This document shows positions 11,201-24,119 of a stretch of DNA of 64,000 bases, in pieces (position 1 is the stretch's first letter; each line of letters begins with the position of its first letter). Position numbers and translations under genes: made by a program. Source of the DNA: Squalus acanthias. Lineage: Eukaryota. A model generated the notes under the pieces. It was not told where the DNA came from. It saw nothing but the letters and a program-made list of their open reading frames with translations, and did not search any database. The stretch is taken from NCBI GenBank assembly GCA_030390025.1, contig JASTWF010000330.1:62001-126000 (forward strand), read 5' to 3'.

Positions 11201-14200
11201 GGATGTAGTGACTGAGGGGAGGGGGATGCACTGACTGAGGGGAGTGGGATGTAGTGACTGAGGGGAGTGGGATGCAGTGACTGAGGGGAGTGGGATGTAG
11301 TGGCTGAGGCGAGTGGGATGCAGTGACCGAGGGGAGCGGGATGTAGTGACTGAGGGGAGTGGGATGTAGTCACTGAGGGGAGTTGGATGCAGTGACTGAG
11401 GGGAGTTGGATGCAGTGACTGAGGGGAGTTGGATGCAGTGACTGAGGAGTTGGGATGTCGTGACTGAGGTGGTGGGATGTATTGACTGACGGGAATGGTA
11501 TCCAATGACTGAGGGCAGTGGGATGTAGTGATTGAGGGGAGTGGGATTCAGAAACTGAGGGGAGTGGGATGGAGTTACTAATGGGAGTGGGAGGAGGAGG
11601 GTGGGGGAATGGGATGAGGAGACTGAGGGGAGCGGGATGCAGTAACTAACGGGAGTGGGAGGAGGAGAGTGGGGGAGTGGGATGAGGAGACTGAGGGGAG
11701 TGGGATCAGGAGACCGAGGGGAGAGGGATGAGCAGACCGAGGGAAGTGGAATGAGGAGACTGATGAGAGTGGGATGAGGAGTCTGAGGGGAGTGGGATGT
11801 AGTGACTGAGGGGAGTTGGATGAGGAGACCCAGGGGAGTGGGATGAGGAGACTGATGAGAGTGGGATGCAGTGACTGAGGGGAGTGGGATGCAGTGACTG
11901 AGGGAAGTGGAATGAGGAGACTGATGAGAGTGGGATGCAGTGACTGAGGGGAGTGGGATGCAGTGACTGAGGGGAGTGGAATGTAGTGACTTTGGGGAGT
12001 GGGATGCAGTGACTGAGGGGAGTGGAATGTGGTGACTGAGGGGAGAGGGATGCAGTGACTGAGAGGAATGGGATGCAGTGACTGAGGGGAGTGGAATGTC
12101 GTGACTTTGGGGAGTGGGATGCAGTGACTGAGGGGAGTGGAATGTAGTGACTGAGGTGAGTGGGATGTAGTGAATGAGGGCAGTGGGATGTAGTGATTGA
12201 GGGGAGTGGGATGCAGTGTCTGAGGGGAGTGGGATGCAGTAACTGAGGGGAGTGGGATGTAGTGACTGAGGGGAGTGGGATGTATTGACTGAGGGGTGTG
12301 GGATGCAGTCAGCGAGTGTAGTGGGAAGTATAGAGTGAGGGGAGTGGGATGCTGTGACCGAGGGGAGTGAGATTCAGTGACTGAGGGGAGTGGGATGCAG
12401 TGACTGAGGGGAATGGGATGTAGTGACTGAGGGGAGTGGGATGTAGTGACTGAGGGGAGTGGGATGCAGTGACTGAGGGGAGTGTGAGGCAGTGACTGAG
12501 GGGAGTGGGATGCAGTTACTGAGGGGAGTGGGATGTAGTGACTGAGGGGAGTGGGATGCAGTGACTGATGGGAGTGGTATACAGTGACTGAGCGGAGTGG
12601 GATGCAGTGACTGAGCGGAGTGGGATGCAGTGACTGAGGGGAGTGGGATGTAGTGACTGAGGGCAGAGGAATTTAGTGACTGAGGGGAGTGGGATATAGT
12701 GACTGAGGGGAGTGGAATGTAGTGATTGAGGGGAGTGGAATGTAGTGATTGAGGGGAGTGGAATGTAGTGATTGAGGGGAGTGGAATGTAGTGATTGAGG
12801 GGAGTATGATATAGTGACTGAGGAGAGTGGGATGTAGTGACTGAGGGGAGTGGGATGCAGTGACTGAGGGGAGTGGGATGCAGTGACTGAGGGGAGTGGG
12901 ATGCAGTGACTGAGGGGAGTGGGATGTAGTGACTGAGGGAACTGGGATGTAGTGACTGAGGGGAGTTTAATGCAGTGACTGAGGGGAGTTTAATGCAGTG
13001 ACTGAGGGGAGTGGGATGCTGTGACTGAGGGGAGAGGGATGTATTGACTGAGGGGTGTGGGATGCAGTGAGCGAGTGTAGTGGAATGCAGTGACTGAGGG
13101 GAGTGGGATGCAGTGACTGAGGGGAGTGGGATGCAGTGACTGAGGGGAGTGGGATGCTGTGACTGAGGGGAGAGGGATGTATTGACTGAGGGGTGTGCGA
13201 TGCAGTGACTGGTGGGAATTGGACACAGTTACTGAGGGGAGTGGGATGTAGTGACTGAGGAGGTGGGATGTATTGACTGAGGGGAGTGGAATGTATAGAT
13301 TGAGGAGTGGAATGTTGTGACTGAGGGGTGTGGGATGTAGTAACTGAGGGCAGTGAGATGTAGTGATTGAGGGGAGTGGGATGTAATGACTGAGGGGAGA
13401 TGGATGTAGTGACTGAGGGGAGAGGGATGTAGTGACTGAGGGGAGTGGGATGTAATGACTGAGGGGAGAGGGATGTAGTGACTGAGGGGTGTGGGATGTA
13501 GTGACTGAGTGGAATGGGTGCAGTGACGGAGGGCAGTGGGATGCAGTGACTGGGGGGGTGTGGGCTGCAGTGACTGAGGGAAGTGGGATGCAGTGACTGG
13601 GAGGAGAGGGCTGCAGTGACTGAGGGGAGTGGGATGCAGTGACTGAGGGGAGTGGGATGTAGTGACTGAGGGGAGTGGAATGTAGTGACTGACGGATGTG
13701 GGGTGTAGTGTCTGAGGGGAGTGCGATTGGATGATTCAAATTTATATGAAGAATGCTGTCTGACATTTTCCGGACTCTAGTACAAAACCAATGACCTGTA
13801 CGGGCGCTTTCTACTCTCCTGTGTCTCTCTTCCTTTTTTATAGATCCAGGTAAATCCACGACTCAGGTACCCGAGGAGCAATCTACTCTAGAAACCGCTG
13901 ACCTTTCATCCACTGACCCAGCCCGGTCTGCAGCCTCAGGTATATGACTTGCTGGGTCCATTTTAAATAGACTGTCCACGCAATGTGAAGCCTGAAGGTT
14001 TCTTGGAGATGTATCTAGTGATTTACTCAAGGGAGTGGAATAAAGTGACTGATGAGAGTGGGACGCAGTGACTGAGGGGAGTGGGATGCTGTGACTGAGG
14101 GGAGTGGGGTGTAGTGACTGAGGGGAGTGGAATGCAGTGGCTGAAAAAAACGGAAGCAGCCTTAGGCATCTGTCTTGTGGGATCGATTCTAAACAGACTG

Positions 14201-17200
14201 TTCACCGAATGTGAAGCCTGAAGGATTAAGTCCTGGAGATGGATCTAATCATGAAATCAAGGGAGTGGGTTGCAGTGTCTGAGGGCTGAGGGACGTATTG
14301 ACTGTGGAGGGTCGTGGGATGTAGTGACTGAGGGGAGTAGGATGTAGAGACTGAGGGGAGTGGGATGTAGTGACTGAGGGGAGTGGGATGTAGTGACTGA
14401 GGGGAGTGGGATGCAGTGACGGAGGAGAGTGTGATGTAGTGACTAAGGAGAGTGGGATGCAGTGACTGAGGGGAGTGAGATATAGTGACTGAGGGGAGTG
14501 GGACGCAGTGACTGAGGGGAGTGGGATGCAGCGACTGAGGGGAGTGGGGTGTAGTGACTGAGGGGAGTGGGATGCAGTGACTGAGGGGAGTGGGACGCAG
14601 TGACTGAGGGGAGTGGGATGCAGTGACTGAGGTTGGTGGGATGCAGTGACTGAGGGGAGTGGGACGCAGTGACTGAGGTTGGTGGGATGCAGTGACTGAG
14701 GGGAGTGGGATGCAGTGACTGAGGGGAGTGGGGTGTAGTGACTGAGGGGAGTGGAATGCAGTGTCTGAAAAAAACGGAAGCAGCCTCAGCTATCTGTCTT
14801 GTGGGATCGATTCTAAACAGACTGTTCACCTAATGTGAAGCCTGAAGGACTAAGTCCTGGAGATGGATCTAATCATGAAATCAAGGGAGTGGGTTGCAGT
14901 GTCTGAGTGGTGCGGGATTTATTGACTGAGGAGGGCCGTGGGATGTAGTGACTGAGGGGAGAGGGATGTAGTGACTGAGGGGAGTGGGATGTAGTGACTG
15001 AGGGAAGTGGGGATTAGAGACTGAGGGGAGTGGGATGCAGTGACTGAGGGGAGTGGGATGGAGTTACTGAGGGAGTAGAATGTAGAGACTGAGGGGAGTG
15101 GGATGCAGTGACTGACGGGAGTGGGATGCAGTGACTGAAGGTAGTGGGATGTAGAGACTCAGGGGAGTGGGGTGGAGTTGCTGAGGGAGTAGGATGCAGA
15201 GACTGAGGGGAGTGGGATGCAGTGACTTAGGGGAGTGGGATGTGGTGACTGAAGGGAGTGGGATGTAGTGACTGTGAGGAGTGGGATGCAGTGACTGAGG
15301 GGAGTGGGATGCAGTGACGGAGGAGAGTGTGATGTAGTGACTAAGGAGAGTGGGATGCAGTGACTGAGGGGAGTGAGATATAGTTACTGAGGGGAGTGGG
15401 ACGCAGTGACTGAGGAGAGTGGGATGCAGTGACTGAGGTTGGTGGGATGCAGTGACTGAGGGGAGTGGGATGCAGTGACTGAGGGGAGTGGGATGCAGTG
15501 ACGGAGGAGAGTGTGATGTACTGACTAAGGAGAGTGGGATACAGTGACTGAGGGGAGTGAGATATAGTGACTGAGGTTGGTGGGATGCAGTGACTGAGGG
15601 GAGTGGGATGCAGTGACTGAGGGGAGTGGGGTGTTGTGACTGAGGGGAGTGGGGTGTAGTGACTGAGGGGAGTGGAATGCAGTGTCTGAAAAAAACGGTA
15701 GCAGCCTCAGCTATCTGTCTTGTGGGATCGATTCTAAACAGACTGTTCACCTAATGTGAAGCCTGAAGGACTAAGTCCTGGAGATGGATCTAATCATGAA
15801 ATCAAGGGAGTGGGTTGCAGTGTCTGAGTGGTGCGGGATGTATTGACTGAGGAGGGCCGTGGGATGTAGTGACTGAGGGAAGTGTGATGTAGTGACTGAG
15901 GGGAGTGGGATGTAGTGACTGACGGGAGTGGGATGTAGTGACTGAGGGAAGTGGGGATTAGAGACTGAGGGGAGTGGGATGCAGTGACTGAGGGGAGTGG
16001 GATGGAGTTACTGAGGGAGTAGAATATAGAGACTGAGGGGAGTGGGATGCAGTGACTGACGGGAGTGGGATGCAGTGACTGAAGGTAGTGGGATGTAGAG
16101 ACTCAGGGGAGTGGGGTGGAGTTACTGAGGGAGTAGGATGCAGAGACTGACGGGAGTGGGATGCAGTGACTGAGGGGAGTGGGATGTGGTGACTGAAGGG
16201 AATGGGATGTAGTGACTGTGAGGAGTGGGATGTAGTGACTGAGGGGAGTGGGATGTAGTGACAGAGTGGAGTGGTATGCAGTAACTGAGGCGAGTGGGAT
16301 GCAGTGACTGAGGGAAGTGGGATGCAGTGACTGAGGGGAGTGGGATGCAGTGACTGAGGGGAGAGGAATGCAGTGATTGAGGGGTGTGGGATGCGGTGAC
16401 TGAGGGGAGTGGGATGTAGTGACGGAGGGGAGTGGAATGCAGAGACCGAGGGAAGTGGGATGCAGTGACTGAGGGGAGTGGGAGGCGGTGACTGAGGGGG
16501 TTGGGATGTAGTGACTGAGGGAAGTGGGATGCAGTGACTGAGGGGAGTGGAATGCAGTGACTGAGGGGAGCGGGATGTAGTGATTGAGGGGATTGGGATG
16601 ACGTGATTGAGGAGAGTGGGATGCAGTGACTGCGGGGAGTGGGATGTAGTGACTGATGGTAGTGTGATGCAGTGACTGAGGGGAGTGGGATGCAGTAACT
16701 GAGGCGAGTGGGATGCAGTGACTGAGGGAAGTGGAATATAGTGACTGAGGGGAGTGGGGTGTAGTGACTGAGGGGAGTGGGGTGTAGTGACTGAGGGGAG
16801 TGGGATGCAGTGACTGAGGGAAGTGGGTTTTAGTGACTCAGGGGAGTGTGGTGTAGTGACTGAGGGGAATGGGATGCAGTGACTGAGGGGAGTGGGATGC
16901 AGCGACTGAGGGGAGTGGGATGCAGTGACTGAGGGAAGTGGGTTGTAGTGACTCAGGGGAGTGGGGTGTAGTGACTGAGGGGAGTGGGATGCAGGGACTG
17001 AGGGGATTGGGAGGCAGTGACTGAGGGGAGTGGAATGTAGTGAATGAGGGGATAGGGATGACGTGATTGAGGAGAGTGGGATGCAGTGACTGCGGGGAGT
17101 GGGATGTAGTGACTGATGGTAGTGTGATGCAGTGACTGAGGGGAGTGGGATGCAGTAACTGAGGCGAGTGGGATGCAGTGACTGAGGGGAGTGGAATGCA

Positions 17201-20200
17201 GTGACTGAGGGGAGCGGGATGTAGTGATTGAGGGGATTGGGATGACGTGATTGAGGAGAGTGGGATGCAGTGACTGCGGGGAGTGGGATGTAGTGACTGA
17301 TGGTAGTGTGATGCAGTGACTGAGGGGAGTGGGATGCAGTAACTGAGGCGAGTGGGATGCAGTGACTGAGGGAAGTGGAATATAGTGACTGAGGGGAGTG
17401 GGGTGTAGTGACTGAGGGGAGTGGGGTGTAGTGACTGAGGGGAGTGGGATGCAGTGACTGAGGGAAGTGGGTTTTAGTGACTCAGGGGAGTGTGGTGTAG
17501 TGACTGAGGGGAATGGGATGCAGTGACTGAGGGGAGTGGGATGCAGCGACTGAGGGGAGTGGGATGCAGTGACTGAGGGAAGTGGGTTGTAGTGACTCAG
17601 GGGAGTGGGGTGTAGTGACTGAGGGGAGTGGGATGCAGGGACTGAGGGGATTGGGAGGCAGTGACTGAGGGGAGTGGAATGTAGTGAATGAGGGGATAGG
17701 GATGACGTGATTGAGGAGAGTGGGATGCAGTGACTGAGGGAATGGGATGTAGTGACTGAGTATAGTGTGATGCAGTAACTGAGGCGAGTGGGATGCAGTG
17801 ACTGAGGGAAGTGAGGTGCAGTGTCTGAGGGGAGTGGGATGAAGTGACTGAGGTAAGTGCGATGCAGTGACTGAGGGGAGTGCGATATAGTGACTGAGGC
17901 GAATGGGATGTAGTTGCTGAGGGAAGTGGGATGCAGTAACTGAGGGGAGTGGGATGCAGTGACGGAGGGGAGTGCGATGTCGTGATTGAGGGGTGTGGGA
18001 TGCAGCAACTCATGGGAGTGGGATGCAGTGACTGAGGGAAGTGGGATGTAATGACTGAGGGGAGTGGAATGCAGTGACTGTGGGGAGTGCGATGCAGTGA
18101 CAGAGGGAAGTGGGATGCAGTGACTGAGGGGAGTGGACTGCAGTGACTGAGGGGAGTGGGATGCAGTGACTGAGGGGAGAGGGATGCAGAGACTGAGGGG
18201 AGTGGGATGTAGTGACTGAGTGGAGTGGTATGCGTTGACTGAGGGGAGTGGGATGCAGTGACTGAGGGGAGTGGGATGCGTGACTGAGGGGAGTGGGATG
18301 TAGTGACTGAGGGGAGTGGGTTTGAAGTGACTGAGGGGAGTGGGGTGTAGTGACTGAGGGGAGTGGGGTGTAGTGACTGAGGGGAGTGGGATGCAGTGAC
18401 TGAGGGAAGTGGGTTTTAGTGACTCAGGGGAGTGTGGTGTAGTGACTGAGGGGAATGGGATGCAGTGACTGAGGGGAGTGGGATGCAGCGACTGAGGGGA
18501 GTGGGATGCAGTGACTGAGGGAAGTGGGTTGTAGTGACTCAGGGGAGTGGGGTGTAGTGACTGAGGGGAGTGGGATGCAGGGACTGAGGGGATTGGGAGG
18601 CAGTGACTGAGGGGAGTGGAATGTAGTGAATGAGGGGATAGGGATGACGTGATTGAGGAGAGTGGGATGCAGTGACTGAGGGAATGGGATGTAGTGACTG
18701 AGTATAGTGTGATGCAGTAACTGAGGCGAGTGGGATGCAGTGACTGAGGGAAGTGAGGTGCAGTGTCTGAGGGGAGTGGGATGAAGTGACTGAGGTAAGT
18801 GCGATGCAGTGACTGAGGGGAGTGCGATATAGTGACTGAGGCGAATGGGATGTAGTTGCTGAGGGAAGTGGGATGCAGTAACTGAGGGGAGTGGGATGCA
18901 GTGACGGAGGGGAGTGCGATGTCGTGATTGAGGGGTGTGGGATGCAGCAACTCATGGGAGTGGGATGCAGTGACTGAGGGAAGTGGGATGTAATGACTGA
19001 GGGGAGTGGAATGCAGTGACTGTGGGGAGTGCGATGCAGTGACAGAGGGAAGTGGGATGCAGTGACTGAGGGGAGTGGACTGCAGTGACTGAGGGGAGTG
19101 GGATGCAGTGACTGAGGGGAGAGGGATGCAGAGACTGAGGGGAGTGGGATGTAGTGACTGAGTGGAGTGGTATGCGTTGACTGAGGGGAGTGGGATGCAG
19201 TGACTGAGGGGAGTGGGATGCGTGACTGAGGGGAGTGGGATGTAGTGACTGAGGGGAGTGGGTTTGAAGTGACTGAGGGGAGTGGGATGCAGTGACTAAG
19301 GGGAGTGGGATGAAGTGACTGAGGGGAGTGGGATGTAGTGACTGAGGGGAGTGGGATGTAGTCACTGAGGTGAGTGGGATGAAGTGACTGAGGGGAGTGG
19401 GATGAAGTGACTGAGGGGAGTGGGATGTAATCACTGAGGTGAGTGGGATGAAGTCACTGAGGGGAGTGGGATGCAGTGACTGAGGGGAGTGGGATGCAGT
19501 GACTGAGGGGAGTGGGCTGCAGTGACTGAGGGGAGTGGGATGAATGACTGAGGGGATTGTGATGCAGTGACTCTGGGGAGTGGGAAGTAGTGACTGAGGG
19601 GTGTGGGATGCAGTGACTGAGGGGCGTGGGATGCAGTGACTGAGGGGAGTGGGATGCAGTAACTGAGGGGAGTGGGATATAGTGACTGAGCAGAGTGGGA
19701 TGCAGTGACTGAGGGGAGTGGGATATAGTGACTGATGGGAGTGGGATGCAGTAAGTGAGGGGAGTGGGATGCAGTGTCTGAGGGGAGTGGGATGAAGTGA
19801 CTGAGGGAAGTGGGATGCAGTGTCTGAGGGGAGTGGGATGAAGTGACTGAGGGAAGTGGGATGCCGTTACTGAGGGGAGTGGGCTGCAGTGACTGAGGGG
19901 AGTGAGTGCAGTGACTGAGGGGAGTGAGATGTAGTGACTGAGGGAAGTGGGATGCAGTGACTTAGGGGAGTGGGATGCAGTGTCTGAGGGGAGTGGGATG
20001 AAGTGACTGAGGGAAGTGGGATACAGTGACTGAGGGGAGTGGGTGCAGTGACTGAGGGGAGTGGGATGAAGTGACTGAGGGAAGTGGGATTCAGTGACTG
20101 AGGGGAGTGGGATGAAGTGACTGAGGGCAGTGGGATGAAGTGACTGAGGGGAGTGGAATGCCCTGACGGAGGGGAGTGGGATGCAGTGACTGAGGAGAGT

Positions 20201-20360
20201 GGGATGCAGTGACTGAGGGGAGTGGGATGTAGTGACTGAGGGGAGTGGGATGCAGTGACTGAGGGTAGTGGGATGCAGTGACTGAGGGTAGTGGGATGCA
20301 GTTACTGAGGGGAGTGGGATGCAGTTACTGAGGGGAGTGGGATGCAGTGACTGAGGGGTG
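8240..20360. repeat. 23-bp G-rich minisatellite GGGGAGTGGGATGCAGTGACTGA (~12 kb, interrupted at 13720-14030 and by short unique islands)
   Basis: 23-bp period; source of the SHSPQSLHPTPLSHCIPLPSVT pseudo-ORFs (23 aa = 3 units). Confidence 0.97.
13844..13939 (+). CDS. Ser/Thr/Glu-rich linker exon 2 (DPGKSTTQVPEEQSTLETADLSSTDPARSAAS)
   Basis: Strong polypyrimidine acceptor ctctcttccttttttatag and donor gtatat; 96 bp, phase 1-1; diverged paralog of 8047-8142. Confidence 0.82.
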
Positions 20361-20452
20361 GTGTCTGTCTCTTTCTCTCCTGTACTCTCTATATTCCTCC
20401 AAGCGCCCAGCCTCCCAGTGAAATTGATGTTGTCTTTATTTGACCCTCTCAG

Positions 20453-20515
20453 ACTCCGGGAATCTTGTGGTATCAGATGACTCTCTTTCCACATCTCAGG
20501 TGGATTCTGATGAAG
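20453..20515 (+). CDS. Acidic Ser-rich linker exon 3 (DSGNLVVSDDSLSTSQVDSDE)
   Basis: tgtctttatttgaccctctcag acceptor and strong AG|gtaagg donor; 63 bp, phase 1-1, open frame. Confidence 0.72.
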
Positions 20516-20880
20516 GTAAGGGCGTTGCAGGATCTTGATACTTCAGGGAAATTAAATCCCTCGCTCTGACTTAGTCTGGCGCAAATATATCAGGGCAAAG
20601 TCTTTCAAAAACATAAGTGCGATTGGTTATTGCAGGAACTCTCATCGCTAGCAGTCACTGGCTTTGCCTTTGCGGTGCTGTCACTACAGAAGTTGCTGCA
20701 TCTTGTAGTTGGTGTGTAAAATCATTGGGAAAACGCGGAATATATAATCTGCTGTCTTCCCAAATATTTTCTAGGCTTCCATCTCAATCCCCCGATCGCG
20801 CAGATTCATTCTCTCTGTCTATCTTTCTCCCTTTCTGTCTGTCTCCATCGATATCTTTCTGTTTCACTCTCTGTAAAAAA

Positions 20881-22500
20881 ATAAGTTCATAAGAAATAGG
20901 AGCAGGAGCAGGCGATTTGACCCTTCGAGCCTGCTCCACCATTCAATTAGATCATGGCTGATCTTCTACCTCTTCTCCACTTTCCTGAACTATCCCCAAA
21001 TCCCTTGAATCCCTTAATATTCAAAAATCTATCGATCTCTGTCTTGAATATTCTCAACGACTGAGCCTTCACAGCCCTTCAAAGATCCTCCACCCTCTGA
21101 GTGAAGACATTTCTCCTCATCTCAGTCCTGAATGGCCGACCCCTTATTCTGAGACTGTGACCCCTGGTTCTAGACTCCCCAGCCAGGGGAAACATCCTCC
21201 CTGCATCTACCCTGTCAAGCCCTGTAAGAATTATGTATATTTCAATGAGATCACCTCTCATTCTTCTAAACTCTTGAGAATATAGGCCTAGTCTACTCAA
21301 TCTGTCCTTGTAGGACAATCCCCTCATCCCAGGAACCAGTCTGGTGAACCTTCGTTGCACTCCCTCTATGGCAAGTATATCCTTCCTTAGGTAAGGAGAC
21401 CAAAACTGTACACAATACTCCAGGTGTGGTCTCACCAGGGTCCTAAATAATTTCATTAAGAGGTCTTTACTCTTATACTCAAATCCTCTTGTCATAAAGG
21501 CCAACATACCATTTGCTTTCCTAATTGCTTGCTGTACCTGCATGTTAACTTTCAGTGATTCGTGTCCAAGGACACCCAGGTCCCTCTGAACACCAACATT
21601 TCCCAATCTCTCACCATTTAAAAAATACTCTGTTTTTCCTACCTAAGTGGCTAACTTCACATTTCTCCACATTATATTCCATTAGCCATGTTCTTGCCCA
21701 CTCACTTAGCCTGTCTATATCCCCTTGAAGCCTCCTTGCATCCTCCCCACAACTTACATTCCCACCCAGCTTTGTATCATCAGCAAACTTGGATATATTA
21801 CATTTGGTCCCCTCATCCAAATCATTGATGGAGATTGTGAATAGCTGAGACCCAAGCACTGATCCTTGTGGTACCCCACTAGTTACAGCCTGCCAACCCG
21901 AAAATGACCCGTTTATTCCTACTCTCTGTTTTCTGTCCGTTAACCAATCCTCAATCCATGCTAGTATATTACCAGTCCCATTAGCCCTAATTTTGTTTAA
22001 TAACCTCGTGTGTGGCACATTATCGAATGCCTTCTGAAAATCCATCTACACCACATGCACTGGTTTGGCCTAATCTATTCTGATAGTCACAACCTCAAAG
22101 AACTCTAACAGATCGGCCAAACATGATTTCCCTTTCTTAAATCCGTGTTGACTCTGCCCAATCCTATCAGTATTTTCTAAGTGCCTTGTTACCACGTCCT
22201 TAATAACAGATCCTCGCATTTTCCCTACTATTGATGTCAGGCTAACTGGTCTGTAGTTCCCCGTTTTCTCTCTCCCTCCTTTCTTAAATAGTTGGGTTAC
22301 ATTTGCTACCTTCCTATCCGCGGTAACCATTCCAGAATCTATGGAATTTTGGAAAATGACAAACAATGCATCCACTATCTCTATAGCCAACTCTTTCATA
22401 ACCCTAGGATGTAGGCCATCAGGTCCAGGGGATTTATCGGCTTTCAGTCCCATTAATTTCTCCAGAACTACTTGTTTACTAGTACTAATATCTTTCAGTT
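20881..22500 (-). mobile_element. 5'-truncated, frameshifted CR1 LINE (ORF2 RT region plus 3' UTR)
   Basis: ORFs 22070-22453, 21611-22045 and 21079-21606 carry [28 protein letters not shown] and RPHLEYCVQFWSP. Confidence 0.95.
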
Positions 22501-22722
22501 CCTGTCCTGTCCTATCTCTGTCTCTCTCTGTGTCTTTCTCTCTCTCTGTCTCTGCCTTTCTCTTTGTCTCTCAATCTCTCTCCAAACCTCTCTCTCTATC
22601 TCTGTGCGTAGCTCTCTTTCTGCCTCTCTCCCTGTATCTCTGTCTTTGTCCCTTTCTGCTTGTCTCTCTCTGACTCTCCTTCTGTCTCTGCCTCTCTCTG
22701 ACTATGTCGCTGTCTCTCACTA
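22500..22722. repeat. CT-rich low-complexity tract
   Basis: Degenerate (CT)n/(CTGT)n. Confidence 0.85.
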
Positions 22723-22723
22723 A

Positions 22724-23600
22724 ATCATAGAATGGTAACAGCACGGCAGAAGGCCATTCGGGCCGTCGAGCCCGTGCCAGCTCTCTGCAAGAGCACCTCA
22801 GCTAGTCCCACTCCCCCGCCCTTTCCCCATAGCCCTGCATTTCTTTTCTTGCAGGTACTTATCCAATTCCCCCTGGAAAGCCGTGATTGAGTCTGCCTCC
22901 ACCACCCTTTCAGGCAGTGCATTCGAGAGCCGAACTAATTGCTGCGTAAACAAGTTTTTTCTCATGTCGCCTTTGGTTCTTTTGCCAATCACCTTAAATC
23001 TGTGTCCTCTGGTTCTCGACCCCTCTGCCAATGGGAACAGTTTCTCTCAATCTACTCTATCCAGAACTCTCATGATTTTAAACATGTTATAACATCTCCT
23101 GTCAATCTTCTCTGCTCTAAGGAGAACAACCCCAGCTTCACCAGTCTATCCACGTAACTGAAATCCCTCATCTCTGGAATCATTCTCGTAAATCTTTACT
23201 GCACCCTCTCTAAGGCCTTCACATCCTTCCTAAAGTGCGGTGCCCAGAATTGGACACAATACTCCAGTTGTGGCCGAACCAGTGTTTTATACAGGTTCAT
23301 CATAATATCCACGCTGTTGTACTCTATGCCTCTATTCATGAAGCCCAGGATTCCGTGTGCTTTTTTAAATGCTTTCTCAACCTGCCCTCCCACCTTCAAC
23401 GATTTATGCACATATACCCCCAGGTCTCTCTGTTCATGCACCCCGTTTAGGATTATCTTCCACCTAGTTCTCTATACTTCCAAGTTTTGTGCCGTCTGCA
23501 ATTTTGAAAGTGTGCCCTGTACACCCACATCCAAGTCCGTCATTTTTATTTCAAGAAAAGCAATGGTCCTGGAACCGACCCCTGAGGAACAGCACTCTCT
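22724..23600 (-). mobile_element. CR1 LINE 3' fragment (different subfamily, internally deleted)
   Basis: RPQLEYCVQFWAPHFRKDVKALERVQ and SRTRGHRFKVIG; tail ends ...ACCATTCTATGATT. Confidence 0.9.
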
Positions 23601-23876
23601 GAGTGATGGGGCAAAGGTGAGTGAGAAAGGCACAAAGGGCGTATCAACCGCATAGGTAGAGGGAACAAGAGGAGCAATAGCGAGCGAGAGAGAGATGAGA
23701 ACAGAGAATTAAAATACAGGGAAAGTGAATAAAAGAGAGGGTAAGGACAGAGAGAATGCAATAACAGAGGAAAGAGAGCATGAAATAGAGGGCAGCAAGA
23801 GTTCTAAATACATCCTGTGATCTGCGCTAAACTCTCAGTGTGTTTTACCTGTTGAAGTTTTGACTGTTGTGTTTAG

Positions 23877-23962
23877 GTATTCAATACCGGAAGATTAATG
23901 TGCAGATCACTTCGATGACAGAACTCGATGATGAAACGGCGAAGAGAATCGTTGTGGAGAGG
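23877..23962 (+). CDS. Penultimate coding exon (GIQYRKINVQITSMTELDDETAKRIVVER)
   Basis: ttttgactgttgtgtttag acceptor and gtgaga donor; 86 bp, phase 1 to 0, joins the flanking exons in frame. Confidence 0.75.
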
Positions 23963-24119
23963 GTGAGAGACTGCACTGCACTGAGAGCAAACACAGGGCA
24001 ACACCAGATCCTCCCTCTCGCTGTCTGAACTCACTGATGGGCACCTCCACCTCAGATGTGTAACCAGCTCCACTTCCCCCTCTGGATATCATTCATGGAG
24101 CTGTCGTGAAGAGCAGCTT

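Noticed and set aside
9126..20494. Long His/Pro/Ser-rich minus-strand ORFs (up to 665 aa) resembling extensin or mucin
   Set aside because: Translations of the 23-bp satellite; open in multiple overlapping frames, antisense to a real gene's introns.
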